A stretch of DNA of 32,000 nt from Candidatus Saccharimonas aalborgensis (GTDB lineage Bacteria; Patescibacteriota; Saccharimonadia; Saccharimonadales; Saccharimonadaceae). The notes under the pieces are model-generated. The model ran no database searches. It had not been told where the DNA came from and saw nothing but the letters and a program-made list of their open reading frames with translations. The DNA lies in contig NC_021219.1 of NCBI RefSeq assembly GCF_000392435.1, positions 981,782 to 1,013,781 on the forward strand, written 5' to 3'. The position numbers were made by a program, and so were the translations under genes. Positions 14,774 through 23,595 of this stretch are shown here, in pieces (position 1 is the stretch's first letter; each line of letters begins with the position of its first letter).

Positions 14774-14823
14774 ACGACGACAGATGGGTGAGCTCTCCTC
14801 TAAAGCTCCCCGTCTGTCGTCGT
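14774..14823. terminator. long G+C-rich hairpin (15-bp outer stem plus 5-bp inner stem) without a U-tail
   Basis: acgacgacagatggg (14774-14788) pairs with cccgtctgtcgtcgt (14809-14823) with one G-U. Inner stem gagct/agctc. Confidence 0.4.
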
Positions 14824-14825
14824 TC

Positions 14826-14856
14826 CAACCCTGATGCGCATCGGGGTTGTTTTTAA
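14826..14856 (+). terminator. intrinsic terminator closing the cassette
   Basis: ~10-bp stem caaccctgat/atcggggttg followed by ttttt. The T-tract overlaps the stop codon (14853-14855) of the convergent deacetylase gene. Confidence 0.55.
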
Positions 14857-16292
14857 TTTGCACTATAGATAGACTTACCCGGAGAACCATTTGGCCCAAA
14901 CAACTGCTCAATACTGACAAACACATAGCCCTGTTTTGTGAGTGTCTCGAGGATGCGTGGAACAGCCGCGACACTCGTCTGGTGAATGTCGTGCAAAATG
15001 ATAATCGCACCCGGTTTTGCCCCCGCTATCACTCGGTTGTACACGATATCTGTGTTGCGATCAGCCCAATCGCGTGTATCTACCGACCACATGATTGCCG
15101 TCATCTTACGCTCGACTAGCACAGTGTAGACCGTATGGTTGATAGCACCATTTGGTGGACGCATATAGGGTGTATCTTTGCCGGTAACTTGCTTGATTGC
15201 GTTATTTGTCCGGGTGAGCTCGTCATTGATACGAGCGGGTGTCAGATACGAAAGTGACGGATGACCCCAGCTATGGTTCCCGATCGTGTTTCCAGTATCA
15301 GACGCTCGTTTCAGTACGTCGCGGTGCTTATCGATATTTTGACCGATGACAAAGAAACTTGCATGTGCATGATAACGCTGCAATGCGTCGAGCACTTGGT
15401 TTGTATAGTTGCTCGGCCCGTCGTCAAACGTCAAAGCAATACATTTGAGTTTTGAGCAGTCTACGTCACCGTTTTTGAGTGGCTGATACTCGGGTATTTG
15501 ATCGATTGAGACGATATCAAGAAGTTTTCTGGCTTGATCGGTCTGCAAAAACAGTTGCAAGTTATCAATTGGCAGCGATACATCGATAGCGCCTGCCGCT
15601 TCGCTGGCAATCACGCCTTGGCCAAATGAGAATTGAATCGTATGCGGATTTGTGATGACAAATGACCCAAATGAAGGACTATCAAAAACCTTATTGACGA
15701 GGCGGTCATCATATTCGTTTGTTACCTCGAGACGAGCCATCAGTTTTTGTTTGAGGTAGAGCTTTGTCCGTGCGATACCATCTGTGCTTTTTTGTCCATA
15801 GAGGTCTCGGAGCGTGATTTCTTTGCCGGTTTTTAGATCAAATGTCCACGCCCTGACATCAGTTCGGGGGCTTGATCCCCCTACCTCACTTCTGCTCTGT
15901 ATCAAGATCGAGATAGTGTCGGTACCCTTGTTTGTGAGCTGGTAGGTAGCATTCAGTTTTGACATGGGGCGAGGCACGATCATACGCGCACCTTCTACAT
16001 CTCTTAAGAACTGCGTTTTTCGTTCGTCGAGGTAGCTACGCACACTAGCGGTTATCATTTTGTTGTCCATTTCAGGATATTCGACCATCATCGTTATATG
16101 CCGAGACGAAACAGAGGTAACTTTTGACTTGACTCCTTCGTAGCGTGCATCAACCCAAAAATACTGCTCATTGATGGCTTCGGTGACGGGTCGAAGCCAA
16201 CTGACTACAAAAAATAATGCTGTTCCGCTGATGATAGAGACGATTATCACCAGCGCCCAGGGGAACCGCGCTCGACGGGCACGCCGTCTCAT
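14853..16292 (-). CDS. membrane-anchored polysaccharide deacetylase (NodB/CE4), PdaC-like architecture
   Basis: Start trimmed to ATG 16292 (ATGA overlap with the upstream gene). N-terminal TM (WALVIIVSIISGTALFFVV), a ~250-aa middle region, then CE4 motifs TFDDGPS and GNHSWGHP. Confidence 0.85.
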   Translation of the reverse strand: MRRRARRARFPWALVIIVSIISGTALFFVVSWLRPVTEAINEQYFWVDARYEGVKSKVTSVSSRHITMMVEYPEMDNKMITASVRSYLDERKTQFLRDVEGARMIVPRPMSKLNATYQLTNKGTDTISILIQSRSEVGGSSPRTDVRAWTFDLKTGKEITLRDLYGQKSTDGIARTKLYLKQKLMARLEVTNEYDDRLVNKVFDSPSFGSFVITNPHTIQFSFGQGVIASEAAGAIDVSLPIDNLQLFLQTDQARKLLDIVSIDQIPEYQPLKNGDVDCSKLKCIALTFDDGPSNYTNQVLDALQRYHAHASFFVIGQNIDKHRDVLKRASDTGNTIGNHSWGHPSLSYLTPARINDELTRTNNAIKQVTGKDTPYMRPPNGAINHTVYTVLVERKMTAIMWSVDTRDWADRNTDIVYNRVIAGAKPGAIIILHDIHQTSVAAVPRILETLTKQGYVFVSIEQLFGPNGSPGKSIYSAN

Positions 16293-16615
16293 AGAGCAAT
16301 TCCGGCGGGGACAAAGTAACAGAGGATGCCGACAATGATGAGTATGGCATACCATAGTTTTCTATCAAACTGGTAGGCTTCAAATCGCCTGACAATCAAC
16401 ATCCCAAATACCATGCCGACTGGTATTGCCCCTAACGGTATTGTTGACCACAGGACGATAGGAGTGCGAAACTTTATCCAGACTGTCGCTAATAGCACAT
16501 AGAGCACCAATTTTAACAGGTATTGACCATCGGTTTCGTGTTGCTTTTCGTACCCTCGCCGAGAAAATAGGCGATTTCGGGCATACGTGCGTTGTTTGTT
16601 TCTCTCGGAAACCAT
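16289..16615 (-). CDS. small integral membrane protein (108 aa), unknown function
   Basis: Basic N-terminus followed by about three hydrophobic segments. Translationally coupled (ATGA) to the deacetylase. Confidence 0.6.
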   Translation of the reverse strand: MVSERNKQRTYARNRLFSRRGYEKQHETDGQYLLKLVLYVLLATVWIKFRTPIVLWSTIPLGAIPVGMVFGMLIVRRFEAYQFDRKLWYAILIIVGILCYFVPAGIAL

Positions 16616-16705
16616 ATCGACAGTATAGCATAAGCGCTACTTGCGTTTTTTGGTACAGTCGTAGATAATGTAGCTCAGAATAGCATAAGCAGGATAAACT
16701 CAATC

Positions 16706-17017
16706 ATGGCCACCCCAAAGAAGAAAACCACCCCAAAAAAGCGACCCGTTTCAGTCAAAAAGACCGTTGTACGCAAGGTATCGGTTGCCCAGCAACCCAC
16801 GGTACGAACATTTAAACGTTCACATCCGTCGGACCCATTCTTTACTTTCCGCATGACACACCAGACACTTTACTGGTTTATACTCTGTGCTATGGTACTC
16901 GGTCTGGGCTTATGGGTGATTAGCATTAACGAGAAAGTCCAGCAGATCTATGATCAGATTGATCAGACAAATGCGGCCGCTGATGCTACTTATGTCCCTT
17001 TAAAAGTCAAAAAATAG
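16706..17017 (+). CDS. small single-pass membrane protein with Lys/Pro-rich N-terminus (103 aa)
   Basis: MATPKKKTTPKKRPVSVKK..., then the TM segment LYWFILCAMVLGLGLWVISI. A TTGCGT-17-GATAAT promoter-like sequence lies upstream and a terminator downstream. Confidence 0.55.
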   Translation: MATPKKKTTPKKRPVSVKKTVVRKVSVAQQPTVRTFKRSHPSDPFFTFRMTHQTLYWFILCAMVLGLGLWVISINEKVQQIYDQIDQTNAAADATYVPLKVKK

Positions 17018-17037
17018 TTTTTTACAATCATTAACCA

Positions 17038-17070
17038 AAAACCCTTCTCTGTAATTGAGAAGGGTTTTTA
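17038..17070. terminator. bidirectional intrinsic terminator
   Basis: aaaaacccttctc-tgtaatt-gagaagggttttt is a perfect 13-bp stem with an A-tract on one side and a T-tract on the other. It serves ORF 16706-17017 (+) and rpsJ (-). Confidence 0.75.
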
Positions 17071-17089
17071 GAAAAAAACGTAAACCTAG

Positions 17090-17416
17090 TTACATGCGGA
17101 TTTCGGCATCAACTCCAGCAGGGAGCGAGAGATTTTGCAAGCTATCGATCGTCTTGGGTGTTGCGTTAGTTATGTCGATCAAGCGTTTGTGGACGCGCAT
17201 CTCGAACGCTTCGCCGCCCATTTTGTAAACATGTGGACTCTTGACGACAGTGTAAGTGCTTCGGCGCGTTGGAAGCGGTACTGGTCCTGCAATTTGCGCT
17301 CCCGAACGGATTGCGGTATCGATGATTTGCTTTGCTGATTGATCGATCACCTTGTGATCATATGCTTTGAGACGAATGCGGATGCGTAGTCCCTCTGCTG
17401 GTTTTGTGTCTGCCAT
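17090..17416 (-). CDS. rpsJ: 30S ribosomal protein S10
   Basis: [28 protein letters not shown]... ATG 17416 lies 9 nt after GAGGAG. Confidence 0.95.
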   Translation of the reverse strand: MADTKPAEGLRIRIRLKAYDHKVIDQSAKQIIDTAIRSGAQIAGPVPLPTRRSTYTVVKSPHVYKMGGEAFEMRVHKRLIDITNATPKTIDSLQNLSLPAGVDAEIRM

Positions 17417-17517
17417 GATCAAAATCTCCTCTCAATGGCGATGCTCCAGTAACCTCTCCTCGATTCGGTGTCGACAGCGTCTGGGCGAGTTCTCTGGTGC
17501 GATTAGTATCTAGCAAG

Positions 17518-17547
17518 ATTATACCATAGGTATCTTGAGTTGAAAAG
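17518..17547 (-). promoter_or_regulatory. putative extended -10 promoter for rpsJ
   Basis: The minus strand reads TGgTATAAT (17518-17526) with a weak -35 (TTTTCA/TTTCAA). The leader is ~100 nt. Confidence 0.45.
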
Positions 17548-17554
17548 CGAGCGC

Positions 17555-17583
17555 TTGACGACTATAAGAGCGCAATTTATAGT
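17555..17583 (+). promoter_or_regulatory. putative promoter for ORF 17619-17975
   Basis: TTGACG, a 17-nt spacer, then TATAGT. Confidence 0.5.
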
Positions 17584-17618
17584 GAGGATATTATCAGAAA
17601 ACATAGGGGGTGAGAAAC

Positions 17619-17975
17619 ATGACTTCTTCTATTGATACCAGTCCACACGGTGAAACACGTCCATCGTTTATGGAGACATTGGCAGCACCGCACGTTTCAG
17701 CCATTAACGAACTCATCGAAAAGATGTTGGGGGATAAGGTTGAGGTCGCGCTCTATGATGTGGCTTCCGACGCATGGTCATCGGATGAGACGCTGCGAGA
17801 ACTTTATTCATTTTTAGCTAACTACGTGAAATCACTTGGATTTGTGTGTTACCAGGCAGATGGTACGAATAGAGTCGAGCTCCCATCGCAAAATGGGCAT
17901 GGCGTGGTGCTACGACAAACGATGCGCATCGGTATTCACATCCCCTCGCATGTGTTTGAGTCACTAGGTAACTAG
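17619..17975 (+). CDS. hypothetical protein, 118 aa
   Basis: ATG follows AGGGGG. No family recognised. Confidence 0.55.
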   Translation: MTSSIDTSPHGETRPSFMETLAAPHVSAINELIEKMLGDKVEVALYDVASDAWSSDETLRELYSFLANYVKSLGFVCYQADGTNRVELPSQNGHGVVLRQTMRIGIHIPSHVFESLGN

Positions 17976-18124
17976 TTTATACCGTATTTACTATTGCGTT
18001 TTCATAACCTTTATGCTACAATCATTGCAGTAGAACAAATCCTACCGGATGAATACTCGTTTTATACTTGCTAGAGAATAATTCTTGTCGTTCATCGTAT
18101 AGCAACGCACAAGAAAGGTTTTTG

Positions 18125-19492
18125 ATGCGCCCACGTACAAGTAACTCGAGACAAACGTCTCACTATTCACCTCGCTTTGCGGGGAAAAAACGCACTCCGA
18201 CAAAACGATCAACGCAGGAAATCCACGCGAGTCGTTTTATCAATAAGGCTATCGCCCCTGTCGATGACACGCCGTACGCCGCTACTCACTTGTTTAGCGA
18301 CTTTGGCTTGAATCCTCAAACGATTGCAACGCTTGGCCACATCGGGTATGAGACACCATCGCCGATTCAAGATCGGACCATCAAACCTGGACTTGCTGGC
18401 AAAGATGTGATTGGTCTTGCAAATACCGGCACCGGTAAGACTGCCGCCTTTTTGCTGCCGATTATCGATGCACTCGCTACCACACGTACAGTACAGGGCG
18501 CTCTTGTCCTTGCTCCCACGCGTGAACTGGCCCAGCAAATAAACGACGAGTTCCGACGTTTTTCTGCAGGTCAGAAGCTCTACTCTGCACTTGTCGTCGG
18601 TGGGGTTAATATGAGCCGACAGATCAGGGAGGTTCAGCGCGGGCCACACCTTATCGTTGGCACGCCGGGTCGTATCAATGATCTGATCGATCGAAACATC
18701 TTACGGCTTGCGAGCTGCACCACATTTGTGCTCGACGAAGCAGATCGTATGTGTGATATGGGATTTGTTCGTGATATTCGCAAGATAGAGTCAGAATTGC
18801 CACGCAAGCGCCAGACATTTTGTTTTAGCGCGACGATGACAACTGATGTCAAGGCGATCGTTGAAGAGTTTATGCATGATCCCGTCACGGTCTCTGTTAT
18901 CAAAAACGAGACCAATGATCATATCGAACAAGATGTTATTCATGCTCGAGACAAGGCTCACAAGATCGAGCTGCTACTCGAACTGCTGGGTAAAGATGGT
19001 TTCGATAAGGTAATCGTGTTTTGCGACACCAAACACTTTGCACAGCGACTTTCAGATCGACTATCCAAGGAAGGGTTTACTTCAGAAGCAATTCACGGCA
19101 ATAAATCCCAGGGTCAGCGTGATCGAGCATTACGTGCGTTTAAGTCAGGCAACGTCCGTATCTTGGTGGCAACAGATGTTGCTGCACGCGGACTCGATAT
19201 TCCCAATGTTTCACATGTGATTAATTTTGATGCTCCGAAGCAATACGAGGACTATGTGCACCGAATCGGTCGTACAGGCCGCGCGGGGCAGTCAGGACAA
19301 GCCCTGACGTTTGTTTCACAACCGGGGATATCTGCCCCAAAATCACTGACAGCACGCCATCACGAACGACCCAATAGGTCTCACTCGGTTCGTACCGAAC
19401 CCACCCAAAACACCAAACCATCTCACCGTCGCCGTTTGACGGGAGGTGCTGCTGCCGAAGACCGACTTGTTCGACTGATCGACACATTGTAG
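18125..19492 (+). CDS. DEAD-box ATP-dependent RNA helicase
   Basis: Motifs ANTGTGKT, PTRELA, DEAD, SAT and HRIGRTGRAG, with basic N- and C-terminal extensions. ATG 18125 follows AAGAAAGG. An extended -10 TGcTACAAT lies upstream. Confidence 0.92.
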   Translation: MRPRTSNSRQTSHYSPRFAGKKRTPTKRSTQEIHASRFINKAIAPVDDTPYAATHLFSDFGLNPQTIATLGHIGYETPSPIQDRTIKPGLAGKDVIGLANTGTGKTAAFLLPIIDALATTRTVQGALVLAPTRELAQQINDEFRRFSAGQKLYSALVVGGVNMSRQIREVQRGPHLIVGTPGRINDLIDRNILRLASCTTFVLDEADRMCDMGFVRDIRKIESELPRKRQTFCFSATMTTDVKAIVEEFMHDPVTVSVIKNETNDHIEQDVIHARDKAHKIELLLELLGKDGFDKVIVFCDTKHFAQRLSDRLSKEGFTSEAIHGNKSQGQRDRALRAFKSGNVRILVATDVAARGLDIPNVSHVINFDAPKQYEDYVHRIGRTGRAGQSGQALTFVSQPGISAPKSLTARHHERPNRSHSVRTEPTQNTKPSHRRRLTGGAAAEDRLVRLIDTL

Positions 19493-19540
19493 ATTTTCGG
19501 GTATTTTCAGTGCTCAACTGATGTGATACTATACGGCAAC

Positions 19541-20458
19541 ATGGAGAAGCCGTCATCAATCCTTATGGTCCGTCCTCATCGCTTTGGCTATAACCGCCAG
19601 ACTGCGGTCGATAACCACTACCAGACCCCTGCGGGGACGGTTCGAAACGCCCGCGGCCGTGCTCAGGATGAGTTTGATACCTTAGTCGGTGTGTTGACCG
19701 ATCATCACGTCGATATCACAGTCGTCAACGATACGCCAACCCCTCATACTCCCGACTCGCTCTTCCCCAACAATTGGTTCAGTACTCATAGCGATGGTCA
19801 GGTTATTATCTATCCTATGAAGGCCGAGAATCGTCGCCACGAGATAAACAAAGAGGTCTTGCCAACCCTTCGTGAGAAATTTAGGGTTGAATCGGTACTC
19901 GACTTGAGTCACCATGCAGAGACTGAGCGGTATCTCGAGGGAACGGGAAGTATCGTGTTTGATCACGTACATAGAGTTGCGTATGCCGGCTACTCGCAGC
20001 GTACTGATCCTGAGCTACTCGCATTTGTTTCTGAGCAACTCGGCTATACCGTTGTTGGATTTCATGCAACAGATACCGAAAACCGACCGATTTATCACAC
20101 CAATGTTTTAATGGCGATTGCTGATCGTTATGCTGTCGTCTGTTTGGAGGCTCTCCGTGAACATGCTGATGTAACACGGCTCAGAAGTCGCTTGGAAGCA
20201 TCTGACAAGAGAGTGATTGAGATAACCCAAGGTCAAGTTCAACAATTTGCGGGGAATATGCTGCAGGTATGGGACCATGCAGGTAATCCTTTTCTTGTCA
20301 TGTCCGAACAGGCACGACAGTCGCTTACGGAGTCTCAGCTCTCGGAATTAGAATCTTATAACCCGCTCATTTCAAGCGCCATTCCCACTATCGAGAAGCT
20401 GGGGGGCGGTAGCGTTCGTTGCATGATGGCGGAGATTTACCTCACTCCGCATCAGTGA
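19541..20458 (+). CDS. amidinotransferase-fold (guanidino-group-modifying) enzyme, CtlX-like citrulline/arginine-derivative hydrolase
   Basis: MVRPHRFGYN... at the N-terminus and GGGSVRCMMAEI near the C-terminus (catalytic Cys motif of the superfamily). Start trimmed to ATG 19541. Confidence 0.7.
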   Translation: MEKPSSILMVRPHRFGYNRQTAVDNHYQTPAGTVRNARGRAQDEFDTLVGVLTDHHVDITVVNDTPTPHTPDSLFPNNWFSTHSDGQVIIYPMKAENRRHEINKEVLPTLREKFRVESVLDLSHHAETERYLEGTGSIVFDHVHRVAYAGYSQRTDPELLAFVSEQLGYTVVGFHATDTENRPIYHTNVLMAIADRYAVVCLEALREHADVTRLRSRLEASDKRVIEITQGQVQQFAGNMLQVWDHAGNPFLVMSEQARQSLTESQLSELESYNPLISSAIPTIEKLGGGSVRCMMAEIYLTPHQ

Positions 20459-20463
20459 TATCA

Positions 20464-21672
20464 TTAATATTTTTGATGTTGTGCTTGACTTTCGATCACT
20501 AGCTCAAGCTGCATTAAATTTACGAACGGAATATCATCTGCTAGAACCTGGTCCTGAAAGCTAAGGTAGGAAATATTGAGTGTATCACCTACGGCGACCT
20601 GGAAGCCGTTATTGCTCGTAGGACGTGCATTGAAACCATTGACAGTGTTAGCGTCCGTATGAACAGTCACTATGCGACCTGCACGTGTTTGTATGGTGAT
20701 TTTGTCGCGACCAATCGACTGAATCACACCCGATGTTTCCTTCCACTTTGCACTATTTATGTAGTCCCCGGCTCCGTTCCGCCAAAACACGATGATATTA
20801 TCGGTACTCAATGGACAGAAATCGATGGCATTGTGCGTGCAAGGTCTACTAAGAACGAGATCTTTAAACCCGTAATAATACTCTAGCGGATAGCTTAGCT
20901 GCACTAGTGCGACAAGTTTTGTATCGTCGCGAAGCGTATCGCTTGAGCATGAGACTGCCGTACAGTCATCTTGGTTTTTCTGGTCGATGTCTTGGCGAGT
21001 GACAAGAAGCACTGCTTTTGATGCATCAAGCTTGTCTATCGTCGACAGCTGTCCGTCAATAAGTATCTTGGTGTCAGATTCGACTTTTGTCGTCTGCTGA
21101 TCATTGTCTGATTGTTGAAGCAAGAACTCACTGGTTGTAATCGATTGACGTGTCATCGATATATTCTTTAACGGATTACTAACAAGTGTCATGGCTACAT
21201 GGCTAACATAGCCGGGAATTGAGTGATTGATCGTACTTGAATCATTTGGCCATGTTTGCACGGCCCATTGGATGACCGCTTGTTGCTCGCAGTAGGTGCT
21301 CATCAATCGCTGCACATCGGTGTCGCTGAGAGTCGCACCTTTTTTTAGCTTGTATTCGTAGGTGAGATTACCCGGCTCGCACCCCTCTGTTTTGATTGAA
21401 TATGTTTTTCGTCCGTCGCTATCAAGTGATGAGGTGACTGCTGTATGTGAACGTGTCCAGAAATACGTAATGGCATAGGCGGTCGAAGACAAAGCGCCAA
21501 TTGCCAAAAGTACTACAAGTACGATAAATACCGGCCCCCGACGGCGTAGACTAGCAAAGACGCTCCGAGATGTCTTGGTATTGATGATGCGTTTCATCAC
21601 GGCGTCGGTGAATTGTTTATCGGCAGGTGCAGCGTCTGGTCGTGCCGCAATTAACATATAGTCCGATTTCAT
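20464..21672 (-). CDS. putative anti-sigma factor: N-terminal cytoplasmic segment, one TM, ~300-aa unknown ectodomain
   Basis: Start set at ATG 21672 (ATGA overlap with the sigma stop, GGAG upstream): MKSDYMLIAARPD.... TM segment VFIVLVVLLAIGALSSTAYAI. Confidence 0.65.
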   Translation of the reverse strand: MKSDYMLIAARPDAAPADKQFTDAVMKRIINTKTSRSVFASLRRRGPVFIVLVVLLAIGALSSTAYAITYFWTRSHTAVTSSLDSDGRKTYSIKTEGCEPGNLTYEYKLKKGATLSDTDVQRLMSTYCEQQAVIQWAVQTWPNDSSTINHSIPGYVSHVAMTLVSNPLKNISMTRQSITTSEFLLQQSDNDQQTTKVESDTKILIDGQLSTIDKLDASKAVLLVTRQDIDQKNQDDCTAVSCSSDTLRDDTKLVALVQLSYPLEYYYGFKDLVLSRPCTHNAIDFCPLSTDNIIVFWRNGAGDYINSAKWKETSGVIQSIGRDKITIQTRAGRIVTVHTDANTVNGFNARPTSNNGFQVAVGDTLNISYLSFQDQVLADDIPFVNLMQLELVIESQAQHQKY

Positions 21673-22190
21673 GATAACTCCTTTCGTAACTGAGCTTTCG
21701 CGCGTTTTATCCATGTCCCCACAGTACTGACAGGTACTGAGAGCTCGGCGGCAATCGTCTGATAGCGCTTTCCTTCCCAAAAGTAGGCCTCGATAACGCG
21801 CGCATATTCTGGTGGTTGTAATGCATGTACAGTATCGCGGATTTCTCTCTTTTCACTTTGAGTAAGTACAGGCAGTTCTTGAGGGATCATCTCTATCTCA
21901 GCAAGGTCAATCTTTTTATGACTTCTCCGTAGCTGGTCTTTCGCCAAATTTGTTGCTATCTGGTACAGCCAGGTCGAAAACGCCCCCTTAGTTTCGTTGT
22001 ACGACTTGAGAGCTTGATAAGCACGGACAAATGCTTCTTGTGCGATATCCTCTGCTAGATCGCGATCCTTAACTATATTGTCACAATGAATGATGAGGCC
22101 TGTCTGATATCGATCCACAAGTGCGCTATATGCCTGTGTCTCCCCATTTTTTATAAGTGTGATTAGTTTTTCTTCGTGCATTACCTTCAT
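21669..22190 (-). CDS. ECF-type RNA polymerase sigma-70 family factor
   Basis: 173 aa with region 2 (...DIAQEAFVRAYQAL...FSTWLYQIATNLA...) and region 4 (...YQTIAAELSVPVSTVGTWIKRAKAQLR). Alternative start ATG 22181. Confidence 0.9.
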   Translation of the reverse strand: MKVMHEEKLITLIKNGETQAYSALVDRYQTGLIIHCDNIVKDRDLAEDIAQEAFVRAYQALKSYNETKGAFSTWLYQIATNLAKDQLRRSHKKIDLAEIEMIPQELPVLTQSEKREIRDTVHALQPPEYARVIEAYFWEGKRYQTIAAELSVPVSTVGTWIKRAKAQLRKELS

Positions 22191-22217
22191 TATACGAAGT
22201 TATCAAGTGGATTATTT

Positions 22218-22258
22218 CAAAAACAAAGACGCCCCTGTTTATTGGGGCGTTTTTGTTA
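22218..22258. terminator. bidirectional intrinsic terminator after tuf
   Basis: acgcccc-tgtttatt-ggggcgt core, extended by flanking A-tract/T-tract pairing. Confidence 0.7.
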
Positions 22259-22271
22259 ATTACAAGTGTAA

Positions 22272-23456
22272 TTATTTGGTGATGTTGGTGACAACACCTG
22301 CGCCGACAGTACGGCCACCTTCGCGGATAGCGAAGTCTTGACCTTTGTCCATAGCGATAGGAGCAAGCAACTTAACCTTGAAGGTCACTTGATCACCTGG
22401 CATGACCATTTCTTTGTCAGCAGGTAGTTCAACTTCACCCGTCACGTCAGTGGTGCGGAAGTAGAACTGTGGCTTGTAGCCCTTGCTAAACGGTGTGTGG
22501 CGTCCGCCTTCTTCTTTCTTGAGAATATAGACTTCGGCTTCAAACTCGGTGTGAGGTGTCAGAGTACCTGGTTTGACTACTACCTGACCACGCTCGATTT
22601 GCTCGCGCTCGATACCGCGAAGCAAGAGACCAGCGTTGTCGCCAGCCTGACCTTGATCGAGGTTCTTCTTGAACGCCTCGATGCCGGTAACAACTGAGGT
22701 CTGTGTATCTTTGAGTCCGACAATCTCAACTGCATCGTTGATCTTGACAACACCTTGTTCGATACGACCGGTCGCAACTGTACCGCGACCCTTGATCGAA
22801 AAGACATCTTCGATTGGCATGAGGAACGGCTTGTCAAGGTCACGCTTTGGCTCATCGATATAATCATCGAGTGCCTTGACGAGTTCCATGACTGCATCTT
22901 CGTTAGCTGCATCGCCTTCGAGAGCTTTCGTTGCACTACCCTTGATGATAGGTGCATTGTCGCCATCGTAGCCGTTCTTGGTGAGGAGCTCACGAACGTC
23001 CATCTCGACGAGTTCGACGAGTTCAGGATCTGCAAGGTCCATCTTGTTGAGGAAGACGACGATCTTTGGCACACCAACCTGGTGGGCAAGCAGAACGTGC
23101 TCGCGGGTCTGTGGCAATGGGCCATCGTTTGCAGCAACCACGAGGATAGCACCGTCGATCTGAGCGGCACCCGTGATCATGTTCTTGACATAGTCGGCGT
23201 GGCCTGGCATGTCAACGTGCGCATAGTGGCGCTTTTCTGACTCGTACTCCTGGTGGGAACTCGCAATGGTGATACCACGTGCTTTCTCCTCGGGAGCGTT
23301 GTCGATTTGGTCGTAGGCGACCGGCTTGTTTGTGTCACTAGGGAGCTTTTTTGCAAGCACCGCAGTGATAGCTGCTGTCAGCGTTGTCTTACCATGGTCG
23401 ACGTGACCCATAGTACCGACGTTGACGTGAGGCTTTGAACGATCAAAGTCTGCCAT
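22272..23456 (-). CDS. tuf: elongation factor Tu
   Basis: 394 aa, [22 protein letters not shown]. Confidence 0.98.
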   Translation of the reverse strand: MADFDRSKPHVNVGTMGHVDHGKTTLTAAITAVLAKKLPSDTNKPVAYDQIDNAPEEKARGITIASSHQEYESEKRHYAHVDMPGHADYVKNMITGAAQIDGAILVVAANDGPLPQTREHVLLAHQVGVPKIVVFLNKMDLADPELVELVEMDVRELLTKNGYDGDNAPIIKGSATKALEGDAANEDAVMELVKALDDYIDEPKRDLDKPFLMPIEDVFSIKGRGTVATGRIEQGVVKINDAVEIVGLKDTQTSVVTGIEAFKKNLDQGQAGDNAGLLLRGIEREQIERGQVVVKPGTLTPHTEFEAEVYILKKEEGGRHTPFSKGYKPQFYFRTTDVTGEVELPADKEMVMPGDQVTFKVKLLAPIAMDKGQDFAIREGGRTVGAGVVTNITK

Positions 23457-23566
23457 AAAGGTGTATTCTCCTAATTATTATTATTACGTATTCACGACGC
23501 GAGCCGAGGTCGCACAAAAACAAACCCGTTTTCATACAAACCAACACGCGCCGCGCGTATGGTCTT

Positions 23567-23595
23567 ATTATAAATGAGGCTTTATCAGATGTAAA
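23567..23595 (-). promoter_or_regulatory. putative tuf promoter
   Basis: The minus strand reads TTTACA (23590-23595), a 17-nt spacer, then TATAAT (23567-23572). The leader is ~105 nt. Confidence 0.55.

Noticed and set aside
13827-14775. Minus-strand ORFs 13827-14297 (156 aa) and 14452-14775 (107 aa).
   Set aside because: These are shadow frames antisense to the G+C-rich cassette genes. The promoter, RBSs and terminators all support the plus strand.
559-17595. Shared short words near promoters: ggatacttg at 566-574 and 2590-2598; agtgaggata at 561-570 and 17581-17590.
   Set aside because: Hundreds to thousands of chance 9-10-mer repeats are expected in 32 kb on both strands, and nothing extends beyond the short match.
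22580-23170. 196-aa minus-strand ORF in an alternative frame inside tuf, and plus-strand ORFs 22755-23240 and others.
   Set aside because: They are embedded in the unambiguous EF-Tu frame.
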